Shown piece after piece: positions 49,407 through 60,086 of a stretch of DNA of 64,000 bases. The notes under the pieces were generated by a model. The model saw nothing but the letters and a program-made list of their open reading frames with translations, searched no databases and was not told where the DNA came from. Position numbers and translations under genes: made by a program. Each line of letters begins with the position of its first letter. Position 1 is the stretch's first letter. The DNA comes from Treponema sp. (lineage in GTDB: Bacteria > Spirochaetota > Spirochaetia > Treponematales > Treponemataceae), in contig JAEDCT010000004.1 of assembly GCA_016294035.1 (NCBI GenBank), forward strand, positions 66,192 through 130,191, given 5' to 3'.

Positions 49407-51221
49407 ATGAGAAGGTTTCCTGGTTTTCTATTTATTCCACTTGCTCTCATTTCCTGCGGGTCAGCACCTGATCCGGACCAGAATCCTTCTATGGCAGAAA
49501 CTGATGCTGTAATTGAAAAAACGTCTTCTGAAGAAAATGTTTCCCCTGAAAAGGAATCTCCAGAAGTTCCTGCCGCCACGGAGCCGGATGCCAAAGAACC
49601 CCGTGAGAGTGTCATTAAGATTGCACCCAGGAACAGGGGATATTTTTCAGATATAAGTTCAAAAAACATGGATTTGGTTTGCAATGGAACCTATCAGAAT
49701 TTAAGGCAGGCGGTGACTGCAATTCATAAGTCAGATGTGTCTTCCTATTCTGAAAGTGAAAAGACTGTTCTCTATGTTTCATCCGTAATTTCGTCCCTTG
49801 TCTGGCCTTCAGAGCGTGTGAACTGGTATGTTCCCGACATGAAAAATGAAAACCAGTACGTGGGGGCTGCGGGAAATTCTCTCAGGGGCATCTATGACCT
49901 GAGTACCAGCAATTCTGATTTTCTGTCTGCAATTCTTCCTGTGCTTTCCATGATCAGGATTTCTGACAGGGAATTTTCCGAGTATGCCCAGCATGCCCAC
50001 ATGCAGATTGATGCCGCCTTAAAATTCCGGGATGATTCTGTTCTTGCCAATTATCTCAAGGGATGCCTGCTTGACCGTGAAGGAAAATTTCTTGAGGCTT
50101 CAAGGTATTTCAAGTCCTGTTCAAAGGCTGCTTCCGGTAGTATTGAAATAGCCGTTGCCATTGCCAGAAATGACTTCAAGATTGGAAAGCCTGAGGATTC
50201 CCTTGAAAAGGCAGAAAAATATTTGTCTGATTTTACAAACAATGTTTCCCTTCTTAAGGTTTGTGCTGATGCTTCCTATGCAATGGGTGACTATTCTAAA
50301 GCTGAATCCTATGTTGCCCGTGTTCTTTTGAGTGAGCCGGACAGTGTTGATTACATTCTCCTTAGGGCAAGGATTCTTATGGGGCGTCAGGATTATATCC
50401 GCACGTCATCACTTCTTGATGTCTGTTCCAGAATCGCACCTGAAAACAAGAACTATCTCATGCTCAGGTCTGAGCTTCAGCGTGAATGGAACAAGAATTC
50501 TTCTGCAGCCATTGAAACCTGCTCAAAGGCTCTTTCATTGTATCCTGATGATATTGACGTGATGGTTTTTGCTGCAAGAACGGCATCTGCAGTGTCTTCA
50601 AAGGTAAACGGCATGACGGCTGCTGAATTGTGTGAAAAAGTTCTTGGGGCAGATAAGGAAAATATTCCTGCAATGGAAGTGTATGTGGTGGAGCTTTCAA
50701 GAACAGGTGAGTGGAAAAAGGCCTATGACTTGAGCCGCGTCATAATTTCACGTCCTAAGGTTGATGACAGATCCTGGAGAAACCATGTGGATGTGTGCAT
50801 TGGGCTCAAGCTGTTCCCGGAGGCGTTGAATGTGGCCCAGAAGCTGTATTCTGATGATTCTTCTTCGGAAGAAAACCAGCAGTGCTACCTGAAGGCTCTT
50901 GTTGCTGCATCTCACAGACAGCAGTCTCTTGATATGATTTCCCGTCTTCTTCCGAAATCAAACCAGAAGATGAAGAGTTTTCTCTATTATCAGAGAAGTT
51001 ATTTCGGGGCTACAGAGGAAAATGTGCTTTCTGACTTAAGATCCAGTCTTACTGCAAATCCTAGAAACAAGGATGCTCTTTTCCGCCTGTATGAAATTTA
51101 TTACAGGAAACGTGACTGGCGTCGTGCCCAGTATTATCTAAAGCAGGTTGTTGCAATCGATCCTGCAAATCCAGACTATCTTTCGCGAAATGCAGAACTG
51201 GACAAGCTTTTGCGCCGCTAA
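49407..51221 (+). CDS. TPR-repeat lipoprotein
   Basis: Lipobox LISC, acidic linker and multiple TPR-like helices (e.g. RAQYYLKQVVAIDPAN). Confidence 0.8.
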   Translation: MRRFPGFLFIPLALISCGSAPDPDQNPSMAETDAVIEKTSSEENVSPEKESPEVPAATEPDAKEPRESVIKIAPRNRGYFSDISSKNMDLVCNGTYQNLRQAVTAIHKSDVSSYSESEKTVLYVSSVISSLVWPSERVNWYVPDMKNENQYVGAAGNSLRGIYDLSTSNSDFLSAILPVLSMIRISDREFSEYAQHAHMQIDAALKFRDDSVLANYLKGCLLDREGKFLEASRYFKSCSKAASGSIEIAVAIARNDFKIGKPEDSLEKAEKYLSDFTNNVSLLKVCADASYAMGDYSKAESYVARVLLSEPDSVDYILLRARILMGRQDYIRTSSLLDVCSRIAPENKNYLMLRSELQREWNKNSSAAIETCSKALSLYPDDIDVMVFAARTASAVSSKVNGMTAAELCEKVLGADKENIPAMEVYVVELSRTGEWKKAYDLSRVIISRPKVDDRSWRNHVDVCIGLKLFPEALNVAQKLYSDDSSSEENQQCYLKALVAASHRQQSLDMISRLLPKSNQKMKSFLYYQRSYFGATEENVLSDLRSSLTANPRNKDALFRLYEIYYRKRDWRRAQYYLKQVVAIDPANPDYLSRNAELDKLLRR

Positions 51222-51252
51222 ATTTTTTTGTCCACGCCTTTGATTCTTTGTC

Positions 51253-51281
51253 TTGAAAGCACTCATGTATTTTGTTATAAT
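51253..51281 (+). promoter_or_regulatory. Sigma70 promoter of yajC-secDF
   Basis: TTGAAA-17 bp-TATAAT with TGn extension. Confidence 0.7.
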
Positions 51282-51324
51282 CGGTTAGTATTTTAAACAA
51301 AAATTTTATCGCAGGAAGGATGAT

Positions 51325-51693
51325 ATGGTTTATTCTATGTTGACAGCAGCAGCTCCGGCAGATGCAGGACTTTTGGGTGGAGCTTCAATGTTCATGCCTT
51401 TGATTCTTATCATTGGTGTCATGTATTTTTTCATGATTCGCCCACAGAATAAGAAGCAGAAGGAACTTCAGAAGATGCTTGATGCACTCAAGAAGGGTGA
51501 CAAGGTAGTTACAATCGGTGGTATTCACGGAACAGTTAGTTCTGTTAAGGAAAATACAGTAGTTGTTAAGGTTGATGACAGTGCAAAGATTGAATTTGAC
51601 CGCAAGGCAATTGCTGCAGTAATTTCAGACAAGAAAAATAAAGAAGACAAGGCAGGATCAGCTGCCGAATCTGGAGACAAAAAAGATGAGTAA
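51325..51693 (+). CDS. yajC: Preprotein translocase subunit YajC
   Basis: YFFMIRPQNKKQKE and LKKGDKVVTIGGIHG. Confidence 0.96.
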   Translation: MVYSMLTAAAPADAGLLGGASMFMPLILIIGVMYFFMIRPQNKKQKELQKMLDALKKGDKVVTIGGIHGTVSSVKENTVVVKVDDSAKIEFDRKAIAAVISDKKNKEDKAGSAAESGDKKDE

Positions 51694-53422
51694 AAAAAGT
51701 CGTCTTATTACGATCATTGCAGTATTGGCTGTATGTTTCGCCTTTCTCTGGCCAACAATCAGCTGGTATGCACTTACTCCAAAAGAGGAGCAGGCTCTTG
51801 CCCTGAGCTCTTTGGAAAAAATCAAGGATTATTCTGGTGCAAAGGCTGCCGCAGATGTGGAGACTTTTATCCAGACCATAAAGAATGCTCCTTCAACTCT
51901 TCTTACTAAGGATCAGGCATGGCTCAGAAAACAGGCAGAAAAGAATCTGGAGCTTGCCGGAAAACCTGTTGAGAAGCAGATGACTCTGGCAGATGCAGTT
52001 TCTTCCTTTGATTCAAAGGCAGAACTTTCAGATTTTATTGAAGGTATCTACAGAAAGCGCATTCTCAAGATTAAGGATGCTTACAAGAATTCCGTAAAGC
52101 TTGGTCTTGACCTTTCCGGTGGTATGAATGTTATCGTTAAGGCAGACCTTGATGCAGTTCTTGCAAATCAGGCCGGCCAGAATGTAGACGAGCTTACATT
52201 GAAGTCAGATGCAATGGCTCAGGCTGTTGAAACTCTCACAAGCCGCATTGACCGCTTTGGTCTTTCTTCTCCAACAATCCGTCAGCAGGGTGAAGATCAT
52301 ATCTATATTGAACTTCCAGGTTCAGCAGAAGCTGATCAGATTAACTCAATCATTCAGGGTCGTGGTATCTTGAACTTCCGCCTTACAGATGAGGAGGCAA
52401 CTCAGAAGTTCCAGGAATATTATTTTCAAAACATGACAAACACTTTCGACAGCAAGGGAAATCTTATTGATCCTACAATTATTCCTGAAGACTGCGAAGT
52501 TATGGGGCTTTACACAACAGATGAATACGGTCTTGATCAGAGACAGGGGTATCTCGTTGTAAAGAAAGAAATTATTCTTGACGGTAAGCATGTTAAGTCT
52601 GCTGATATCGGAACAGAGGAATTTTCTTCACGTCCACAGGTTAGCTTCACATTGGATAGTGAGGGTGCTGAAATCTTCGGAACATTCACGACAAACAATG
52701 TTGGAAAATATCTCTGTATCGTAAGTGATGACAAGATCAAGTCAAATGCAAGGATCAACGGACCAATTACAGGTGGAAGCGTTGCAATCACAGGCTTTGG
52801 AATTCAGGAAGCCCAGAACCTGAAAAAGGTTTTGCAGACAGCCTGGCTTGATGTTCCTCTTTCAGTTGAAAGCCAGCAGGTTATTGGTGCTTCCCTTGGT
52901 GATCTTGCAATCAATCAGGGTATCATGGCTATTTTCGTTGGTCTTGCTGCCATTATGGTTTTCATGCTTATCTGGTATCATGGAGCAGGTATCAATGCCT
53001 GTGTTGCTCAGGTTCTTAACCTTTACATTATGTTCAGTATCCTTAGTGCCTTTAACCTTACAATCACACTTCCAACAATTGCAGGTATGATTCTTACAAT
53101 TGGTATGGCAGTTGATGCTAACGTAATCATTTTTGAACGCATCAAGGAAGAGCGTCGTCTTGGAAAAGACAGGGCATCTTCAATAAATGCAGGTTTCAAC
53201 AATGCATTCTGGGCAATCATGGACTCTAACATCACAACATTCATCGCTGCAATCTTTATGAGCCAGCTTGGTTCTGGTGCCGTTCAGGGATTCGCAGTCA
53301 GCCTTGCAATTGGTGTTGTATCAACAGTATTCACAGCACTCTTTGTTTCACGCCTTATGTTTGATTTCCAGACAGAAGTTATTGGAAAGAAGAACATCAG
53401 CATTGGCTGGGGGATTAAATAA
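51686..53422 (+). CDS. secD: Protein translocase subunit SecD
   Basis: LGLDLSGG, IGASLG, IGMAVDANVIIFERIKEE and DSNITT. Confidence 0.97.
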   Translation: MSKKSRLITIIAVLAVCFAFLWPTISWYALTPKEEQALALSSLEKIKDYSGAKAAADVETFIQTIKNAPSTLLTKDQAWLRKQAEKNLELAGKPVEKQMTLADAVSSFDSKAELSDFIEGIYRKRILKIKDAYKNSVKLGLDLSGGMNVIVKADLDAVLANQAGQNVDELTLKSDAMAQAVETLTSRIDRFGLSSPTIRQQGEDHIYIELPGSAEADQINSIIQGRGILNFRLTDEEATQKFQEYYFQNMTNTFDSKGNLIDPTIIPEDCEVMGLYTTDEYGLDQRQGYLVVKKEIILDGKHVKSADIGTEEFSSRPQVSFTLDSEGAEIFGTFTTNNVGKYLCIVSDDKIKSNARINGPITGGSVAITGFGIQEAQNLKKVLQTAWLDVPLSVESQQVIGASLGDLAINQGIMAIFVGLAAIMVFMLIWYHGAGINACVAQVLNLYIMFSILSAFNLTITLPTIAGMILTIGMAVDANVIIFERIKEERRLGKDRASSINAGFNNAFWAIMDSNITTFIAAIFMSQLGSGAVQGFAVSLAIGVVSTVFTALFVSRLMFDFQTEVIGKKNISIGWGIK

Positions 53423-54663
53423 TGAAAACAGTTAAGAAATTCAGCAAGGCATTTCCAGTTTGTGCAGTCATCAGTTTCCTGATCATTGCTGCTGGTGTTG
53501 CTGGTTATTTTATTAAGGGAATCAACTACGGAATTGATTTTGTTCCTGGTTTGGTTGATGAAGTAAGAATTGCTCCTCCTGCAATTTCTGTTACATATTC
53601 CGGAACTGCAACTGCAAGTATTGAGGCATCTAACCTTGCTCTTGACGTTATCATCAGTGGTGCAGGTGCAGAAAACGAAACAAAGTCATTTACATTTGGT
53701 CAGAATCCAACTGTAGGTGACATGGTAAAGGCTCTTAATTCTGTTGAAGGAATTAATGCAGTCTTGCTCAGCGGAGAGTCAAGTGATTCATACGGCTTGT
53801 ATCTTGACAGTGCTTCTACATCCAGACTTTATTCAGATTCTGCACTGAAGCTCTATGTTGCAAAGGAAGACCCTTCTGTAAATATTGATACTGTGCGTGC
53901 ATCTCTTTCTTCACAGAATGTTGTTGTAAAGGAACTTGGTGTTGATGGAAACAAGAGTTTCCAGATTCGTGCTGCTATTTCTGATGATTCAGTTTCTGTA
54001 GAAAAACTTCAGGATGGAATCATGGCCAGCCTTCACGATAAGTTTGGAAGTGACAACGTTGCAATTGTTAAGACTGATTTCGTAGGATCTCAGTTCTCAA
54101 ATTCCCTTGCATACAAGTCAATTGCACTTGCCCTGGTAACACTCCTTATCATTTGGGGATACGCAACAATTCGCTTCCACTGGGACTTTGCTCTTGGTTC
54201 AATCATAGCTCTTGTTCATGACTGTCTCATTATGTTCACATTCATTTCATGGTCACAGATTGAATTCTCAACAACAACATTTGCTGCAGTTCTCACTATC
54301 TTCGGTTACTCAATCAACGCAACTGTAGTTATTCTTGACCGTGTTCGTGAAAACATCCGCGTTGTTCAGACAAAGGATTTCAGGGATATTCTTGATACAG
54401 CAATTACTGGAACTTTGAGCCGTTCTATTATTACAACAGTAACAACATTGTTTGCTTCCATTTCACTTCTTGTGTTCACAACAGGAAGCATCCGTGACTT
54501 TGCAGTTGTTCTTACGGTAGGTCTTATTTCTGGTTGTTATTCATCTATTTTCATCTCTGGTGGTGTAATTGCTCTTGCCCGCCGTCACTGGGAACCAGGT
54601 GTACATGCAAATCATGTTCGACCACATGAAAACAAGAACGTGATTTCAATGCCAGCAAACTAA
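53422..54663 (+). CDS. secF: Protein translocase subunit SecF
   Basis: GIDFVPG, ALVHD, GYSINATVVILDRVREN and TLSRSIIT. Confidence 0.95.
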   Translation: MKTVKKFSKAFPVCAVISFLIIAAGVAGYFIKGINYGIDFVPGLVDEVRIAPPAISVTYSGTATASIEASNLALDVIISGAGAENETKSFTFGQNPTVGDMVKALNSVEGINAVLLSGESSDSYGLYLDSASTSRLYSDSALKLYVAKEDPSVNIDTVRASLSSQNVVVKELGVDGNKSFQIRAAISDDSVSVEKLQDGIMASLHDKFGSDNVAIVKTDFVGSQFSNSLAYKSIALALVTLLIIWGYATIRFHWDFALGSIIALVHDCLIMFTFISWSQIEFSTTTFAAVLTIFGYSINATVVILDRVRENIRVVQTKDFRDILDTAITGTLSRSIITTVTTLFASISLLVFTTGSIRDFAVVLTVGLISGCYSSIFISGGVIALARRHWEPGVHANHVRPHENKNVISMPAN

Positions 54664-54719
54664 AACCGGACATTTTTTTAAATTGATTTTTTAGAGGTTC
54701 CAGAAAAATAGATAGTTTT

Positions 54720-54752
54720 AAGCCGTGACAGAAACTTGTTGCGGCTTTTTTT
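54720..54752 (+). terminator. Intrinsic terminator after secF
   Basis: AAGCCGTGACA GAAACT TGTTGCGGCTT followed by a T tract. Confidence 0.7.
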
Positions 54753-54761
54753 GTTATATAT

Positions 54762-55616
54762 ATGCAGGTAATTAGAGCAAAAGTTCTTGGTTTTTGTATG
54801 GGTGTCAGACGGGCTGTTGAAACTGCAGTCAATGCTCTTGATCAGAACAGGGACGGAACAAAAAAAATATTCACTCTTGGGCCACTGATCCATAATCCAA
54901 CTGTGCTGGCTTCTCTTGAAGAAAGAGGCTTGAGACTTCTGGATGCAGATAATATGGATGAGGTTGATTCATCGAGCGTTGTTGTTATTAGAGCACATGG
55001 AACGACACCAGGTGTTTTGTCCAGGCTGGAAAGCAGAAAGGCTGCTGTTCTTGATGCTACATGTCCCCGTGTTCATTTGAGTCAGAAAAGAGCCCGGGAG
55101 TGGAGTGAAAAAGGCTTTGACATAATTATTGCCGGTGACAGAAATCATGGTGAGGTTTTAAGTATCTCTTCTTATGCAAAAACGCCTGTCACTGTGATTG
55201 AAAGCGCAGAGGAAGCAGAGAAGCTTTTTCTTCCTGAGAATTCTGTTTTGATTGCGCAGACAACTTTTAGTCCCGTTGAGTTTGAAAAGATATGTACCAT
55301 TCTGAAAAGAAAAAATAGTCAGCTTCAGGTTTTTAATTCAATATGTTCAGCAACAATGGAGCGTCAGAATGCACTTAGTGAACTTGAGGGAAGGGCTGAT
55401 GGCCTGTTGATTATTGGAGGAAAGAATTCTGCAAATACCAGAAGGCTTTATGATAGTGGAACCAGGTATTTTTCAAAATGCCATCTGGTAGAAAATGAAC
55501 TTGAGATTCCAGCTTGTTTTATGGCTATGGAAAGGGTTGCAATTTCGGCAGGTGCAAGTACACCGGATTCCACGATTGATGCAGTTGAAAATGCTTTGAT
55601 TTTAGGACAAACTTAA
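54762..55616 (+). CDS. ispH: 4-hydroxy-3-methylbut-2-enyl diphosphate reductase
   Basis: GFCMGVRRA, IHNP, RAHG, DATCP, ICSATMERQ, NSAN and AGASTP. Confidence 0.96.
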   Translation: MQVIRAKVLGFCMGVRRAVETAVNALDQNRDGTKKIFTLGPLIHNPTVLASLEERGLRLLDADNMDEVDSSSVVVIRAHGTTPGVLSRLESRKAAVLDATCPRVHLSQKRAREWSEKGFDIIIAGDRNHGEVLSISSYAKTPVTVIESAEEAEKLFLPENSVLIAQTTFSPVEFEKICTILKRKNSQLQVFNSICSATMERQNALSELEGRADGLLIIGGKNSANTRRLYDSGTRYFSKCHLVENELEIPACFMAMERVAISAGASTPDSTIDAVENALILGQT

Positions 55617-55747
55617 ATAGGGAATCTGTTTTGCAATGAAGATTTCTGGAAAACAGATCCTGCAGATTAACTTGAATATTGTTGCATCTTTTATTCTGGA
55701 TGCATTCATTAAATAATTTATTGAATTATGGGAGGTTTAATTTTACC

Positions 55748-56821
55748 ATGAAAAAGATTTTATTGTTGGCGGGAACAGCTTTGCTTGCATCAACTTTGTT
55801 TGCATACAATCCACCATTTGGCGGTGAGGAGATGTTCAGGCTCACAAATCCTGAGCTTATGTCAGGTGCAGCCAGTGCTACAGGTGGAGCTAATTTTACG
55901 GTTCTTCCTTCATCAATTGTTTACAATCCGGCTTTGCCTGCATGGGAGCAGAGAGTTGAGGTAGATGCCAGCGGAACAATTATGTTCAATTCAAACAAGA
56001 TCTCAATTTTGGGCGAGGATTCGGATTCTTCTGCCGGCTTTGGTGCTGAACTTGGTCTGATGGTTCCAACAAAATGGTTTGTGTTTACTGGAACAACAAG
56101 TTTCCTTGCAAGTGATTTTTACGGAATGAATTTGAGGAAATCAATTGTAGCTCATGGTGGAGCATCCAAGGAAATTTCAAGGAACCTGGCTGTTGGTGCA
56201 AATGCCTATTTTGGTTACTACATGGGAAGCGGCGCAGATTTTACGGTTGGTGCTGATGTTGGTGTCTTGTACAAGGGTGATGATTTTGCATGTTTCAAGA
56301 ATCCACGCTATGGATTTGCTCTCCTGAATTTGGGAAAGCCTCTTTCCGGATATGAAACTCTGGGAATTGATGGAAGTTTTGATGATGCATCATATCCTGG
56401 ATTCCTTACTCCTCGTGCTTCATTTGCAGCAACTGTATTTGATGTGAGCAAGGTAAAGGGCGGTTTCAGCTGTGATGTTGCCGTTCCTTCTTTCCAGAAT
56501 TTTATTGCAGACTTTTCATTTGGTGTTGTTATTGACAAGCTTATTAATGTTTCACTGTCATGGCAGGGAAATGCCCGTGAACTTGCTGAAGGTGGATCTG
56601 ATGGATTTAATGTTCCTGCATTGGGAGTTTCCATGAAGTTCCTTTTCAATTCAGCAAAAATCAAGGAAAAGAATTCTGACTGGGAACAGAGCGAGATTAT
56701 TCCATCTGTGGCATATCAGAATTTGTATTCGGGAATCCATGCTGCCAGTTTTGGTGCACGTGTAAATCTTGGTTTAAAAGATACAACTCCTCCAGAGATT
56801 ATTATTTGGAATGAGGAGTAG
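55748..56821 (+). CDS. Exported protein, probable outer-membrane beta-barrel (FadL/PorV/PorP-like)
   Basis: Signal peptide ending LFA; SGAASATG..SIVYNPA N-terminal motif; GADVGVLYK and ALLNLG strands. Confidence 0.65.
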   Translation: MKKILLLAGTALLASTLFAYNPPFGGEEMFRLTNPELMSGAASATGGANFTVLPSSIVYNPALPAWEQRVEVDASGTIMFNSNKISILGEDSDSSAGFGAELGLMVPTKWFVFTGTTSFLASDFYGMNLRKSIVAHGGASKEISRNLAVGANAYFGYYMGSGADFTVGADVGVLYKGDDFACFKNPRYGFALLNLGKPLSGYETLGIDGSFDDASYPGFLTPRASFAATVFDVSKVKGGFSCDVAVPSFQNFIADFSFGVVIDKLINVSLSWQGNARELAEGGSDGFNVPALGVSMKFLFNSAKIKEKNSDWEQSEIIPSVAYQNLYSGIHAASFGARVNLGLKDTTPPEIIIWNEE

Positions 56822-56841
56822 TCGTTAGATACGGAGTAAAT

Positions 56842-59800
56842 ATGAAAATCAATAAGAATATTTTATCAAAGACTGCACTTACCTGTGCTTTTGCCCTTGG
56901 TCTTGGAGTTCCGGCTTTTGCAGACCACGGAGTAGAGTATATTTCACCAAACAATGATGGAGTCAAGGATGAACTTATCATTCCTCTAAAAATAAAGGAA
57001 AAAAGATATGTAAATTCATGGTCTCTCATTATTTCTGATTCCAATGGAAAGGTTGTTAGAACCATCGGCAACAAGATTTCTCTTCCAACAAGTTTCAGCG
57101 TTAAGTCTTTTATTAAGTCTGTGAAAACACCTAAGGCTGGAGTAGAGATTCCTTCTTCTGTTTCATGGAATGGATTTCTTGATGATGGTAGGGTTGCTCC
57201 TGATGGAGTTTACTACTATCAGTTTACCGCATCTGATGACAACGGAAATGCCGCAACCACATCCAAGTTCAAGGTAATCGTGGACAATACACCTCCACAG
57301 ATTAATCTTGCAAATGTTTCTGACAAAATTTTTGGTGAAGGTTCAAAAGCTGTTTTTAAGATTACTCAGTCAGGTTCCATCGAACAAAAGTGGAATGCAA
57401 GAATTCTTGATGCAAAGGGAAATGCTGTAAAAACATACATATTTGAAAATGCAGCTCCTGTATCTGTTGAATGGAATGGAACTGATGACAATAAGTCTAT
57501 TGTTGCAGATGGCGTTTACAGCTACGAAATTGAATCAACTGACCTTGCAGGAAACAAAAGTGAAAGGGCTGTTATTTCCAATATTATTTTTTCTGCTGAA
57601 AAACCTGAGATTGCAGTTTCTGTAAAAGGCTCAAGATTTTTTGCTTCAGCACCAAAAGGAAAAACAGTTCCAAATGCAAGCAGGAACATTACATTTGAAG
57701 TTGCCGTTCCAAATCCACAGGCAAGCGTAAACTCATTGAGTTCATGGGAAATTAGTGTTGTTGGAAAAAATGATGATAAGGTATATTTTTCAAAGTCTGG
57801 AAAAACAAATCCACCTGACAGCACTTTTGTCTTTGATGGAAAATCTTCATCTGGTTCTCTTCTTTCAGATGGTGAATACAGAACAAAGGTTACTGCACGT
57901 TATTTGAACGGATATGAGCCAACTCCAGTATATTCTCCTGTATTTGTAATTGATAATGCTGCTCCTAAGGCATTGGTCAAGGATCCTTCTACTCAGGTTT
58001 TCAATGGAAAGTCTGATTTGATCCTTCCACAGGAAATTGTTGAAAAGGAACCTGGTTACACTGGTGAAAAGAATTGGGTTGGAAAAATCGTAGACAAGAA
58101 TAACAATGTTATCCGTACTTTCAATTATGCTGGTTCGCTTCCTGCAAATGCATCATGGAACGGACTTGATGACAATGGAAATCTTGTTCAGGATGGAATG
58201 TACAGATATGTTCTTGAAGTTTCAGAACTTGCCGGAAACATGGATGAATTTTCGTCAAAGGAATTTAAGCTTGATACAAGTTCAACAGAGATTGCAATTT
58301 CTGCAAGTCCTTCGGCATTCAGTCCAAATGGAGACGGAGTTCAGGATGTTCTTGTTCTTACACCAATTGCAAATGCAAAGTCTGGAATTGAAAGCTATGA
58401 AATCCGCATCCTTTCAAAAGATAAGAAGACAGTAAGAATTTTTGCAGGAAAGGGTAAGCCGTCACAGATTTCATGGAATGGTCTCTCTGATTCCGGATCT
58501 AAGTGTGCTGATGGTACATATTCATCTTATATTCAGACTAAGGCTGTGAGCGGAACAGTTTCAGAGGCTCAGGGAAATGATTTCATAATTGATACGGTTG
58601 CTCCAAATGCAAATATCAATGTTCCTTATCTTTTATTCTCGCCTGATGGACGCAGCTCAAGACAGGATATTCCGGTTTCAGTTTCAAATTCAACAAAGGA
58701 AGACAAATGGACCTGCGAAATCAGAAATGAAAAGAATCACGTTGTAAAAACATTTGCCTGGAACAATTCATCAATGACAGATTTCAAGTGGAATGGTACT
58801 GATGACAACGGAACAAAGGTTTCTGATGGAAAATACACAATGAGCATTTTTGCCAAGGATGAAGCAGGAAACTCATTCAGAAAGGTTGTGTCAAATATCA
58901 ATCTTGATACAAGAAGTGCAAGTGCAATCGTAACTGCTGAGTATGCAGGAATTTCTCCAAATGGTGATGGATATCTTGATGAGCAGAAATTTGAGATTAT
59001 TGCCCAGATCAAGGATGGAATTTCTTCATGGACATTCAGCATTCTTAATGAAAAGAATGTAGTGGTAAAGAAATTCCACGGAGATTCTTCGGCAGCTCTT
59101 CCATCTTCAATTTCATGGAATGGTGTGCTGGACGGATCAAAGGAATCGGTTGGTGAAGGCTATTTTACAGGAAGTCTTCACATTGATTATGAAAAGGGAA
59201 ATTCCTGCGATGCAGTTTCGTCAAAATTCCTTTGCTCAACAAAGGCTCCTGAACTATATGTAGTTACAAGTCCTAAATATTTCAGTCCTGATAATGATGG
59301 TGAGGATGATGAACTTGAGGTTAAGCTTGCTGCCATTACAAAGGCAGGAATCAAGAACTGGAGCTATGTGATCAAGGATCGTAATGGAAAGCAGTTCTGG
59401 AAGACAAGCGGAAAATCAACGATTACTCCTGGAATTATCTGGGATGGCCGCGGAAACAACGGAGATACAGTTCAGTCTGCAGAAGACTATCCTTATGAAT
59501 TTGTTGTGACTGATGTACTTGGAATGACATCAAAAATTGACGGTGTAATTAATGTTGATATTCTTGTTATTCGTGACGGTAACAAGCTTAAGATGAGAAT
59601 TCCTTCAATTATTTTCCGCAGCAATGAGGCAGACTTTAAGACTGGCCCAGGTGGAATTACAAAGGCTCAGGCTGACAATAACCAGAGAGTCTTGAAAAGA
59701 GTTTCTGAAGTTTTGAAGAAGTTCGGAGATTACAAGATTACTGTCGTTGGTCATGCAAACCGCGTGTCTGACAATAGTTCAGAAGAAACAACTGAAGGAA

Positions 59801-59991
59801 GCTGGGGAAAGGCTCTTATTCCTCTTTCACAGGCTCGTGCTCAGTATGTTAAGGAACAAATCTCAAAGATGGGAATTTCAAAGTCAAGAATTTCTGTAGA
59901 AGGTAAGGGTGGAACTGAACCTGTGGCAGACAGAAAGGATTCTTCAGTAAACTGGAAAAACAGACGCGTTGAATTCATCCTTGAAAAGTAA
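56842..59991 (+). CDS. Exported protein with eight FlgD-Ig-like repeats and C-terminal OmpA-like peptidoglycan-binding domain
   Basis: Eight W(N/D)G...DGxY-type repeats, several SP(N/D)xDG loops, and VVGHAN...LSQARA...GKGGTEP...NRRVEF. Confidence 0.88.
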   Translation: MKINKNILSKTALTCAFALGLGVPAFADHGVEYISPNNDGVKDELIIPLKIKEKRYVNSWSLIISDSNGKVVRTIGNKISLPTSFSVKSFIKSVKTPKAGVEIPSSVSWNGFLDDGRVAPDGVYYYQFTASDDNGNAATTSKFKVIVDNTPPQINLANVSDKIFGEGSKAVFKITQSGSIEQKWNARILDAKGNAVKTYIFENAAPVSVEWNGTDDNKSIVADGVYSYEIESTDLAGNKSERAVISNIIFSAEKPEIAVSVKGSRFFASAPKGKTVPNASRNITFEVAVPNPQASVNSLSSWEISVVGKNDDKVYFSKSGKTNPPDSTFVFDGKSSSGSLLSDGEYRTKVTARYLNGYEPTPVYSPVFVIDNAAPKALVKDPSTQVFNGKSDLILPQEIVEKEPGYTGEKNWVGKIVDKNNNVIRTFNYAGSLPANASWNGLDDNGNLVQDGMYRYVLEVSELAGNMDEFSSKEFKLDTSSTEIAISASPSAFSPNGDGVQDVLVLTPIANAKSGIESYEIRILSKDKKTVRIFAGKGKPSQISWNGLSDSGSKCADGTYSSYIQTKAVSGTVSEAQGNDFIIDTVAPNANINVPYLLFSPDGRSSRQDIPVSVSNSTKEDKWTCEIRNEKNHVVKTFAWNNSSMTDFKWNGTDDNGTKVSDGKYTMSIFAKDEAGNSFRKVVSNINLDTRSASAIVTAEYAGISPNGDGYLDEQKFEIIAQIKDGISSWTFSILNEKNVVVKKFHGDSSAALPSSISWNGVLDGSKESVGEGYFTGSLHIDYEKGNSCDAVSSKFLCSTKAPELYVVTSPKYFSPDNDGEDDELEVKLAAITKAGIKNWSYVIKDRNGKQFWKTSGKSTITPGIIWDGRGNNGDTVQSAEDYPYEFVVTDVLGMTSKIDGVINVDILVIRDGNKLKMRIPSIIFRSNEADFKTGPGGITKAQADNNQRVLKRVSEVLKKFGDYKITVVGHANRVSDNSSEETTEGSWGKALIPLSQARAQYVKEQISKMGISKSRISVEGKGGTEPVADRKDSSVNWKNRRVEFILEK

Positions 59992-60003
59992 TCCTTGTTA
60001 AAT

Positions 60004-60071
60004 AAAAAAGACTGTCCTTTGGAATATGGCTCTTTTGAAATGTATTCCAGTCAACGGACAGTCTTTTTTTT
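60004..60071. terminator. Bidirectional intrinsic terminator
   Basis: AAAAAAGACTGTCC ... GGACAGTCTTTTTTT between convergent genes. Confidence 0.8.
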
Positions 60072-60086
60072 GTTTAATCAGAAAAA

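Noticed and set aside
51256..51285. CIRCE-like half site AGCACTC in the yajC promoter
   Set aside because: There is no matching right arm.
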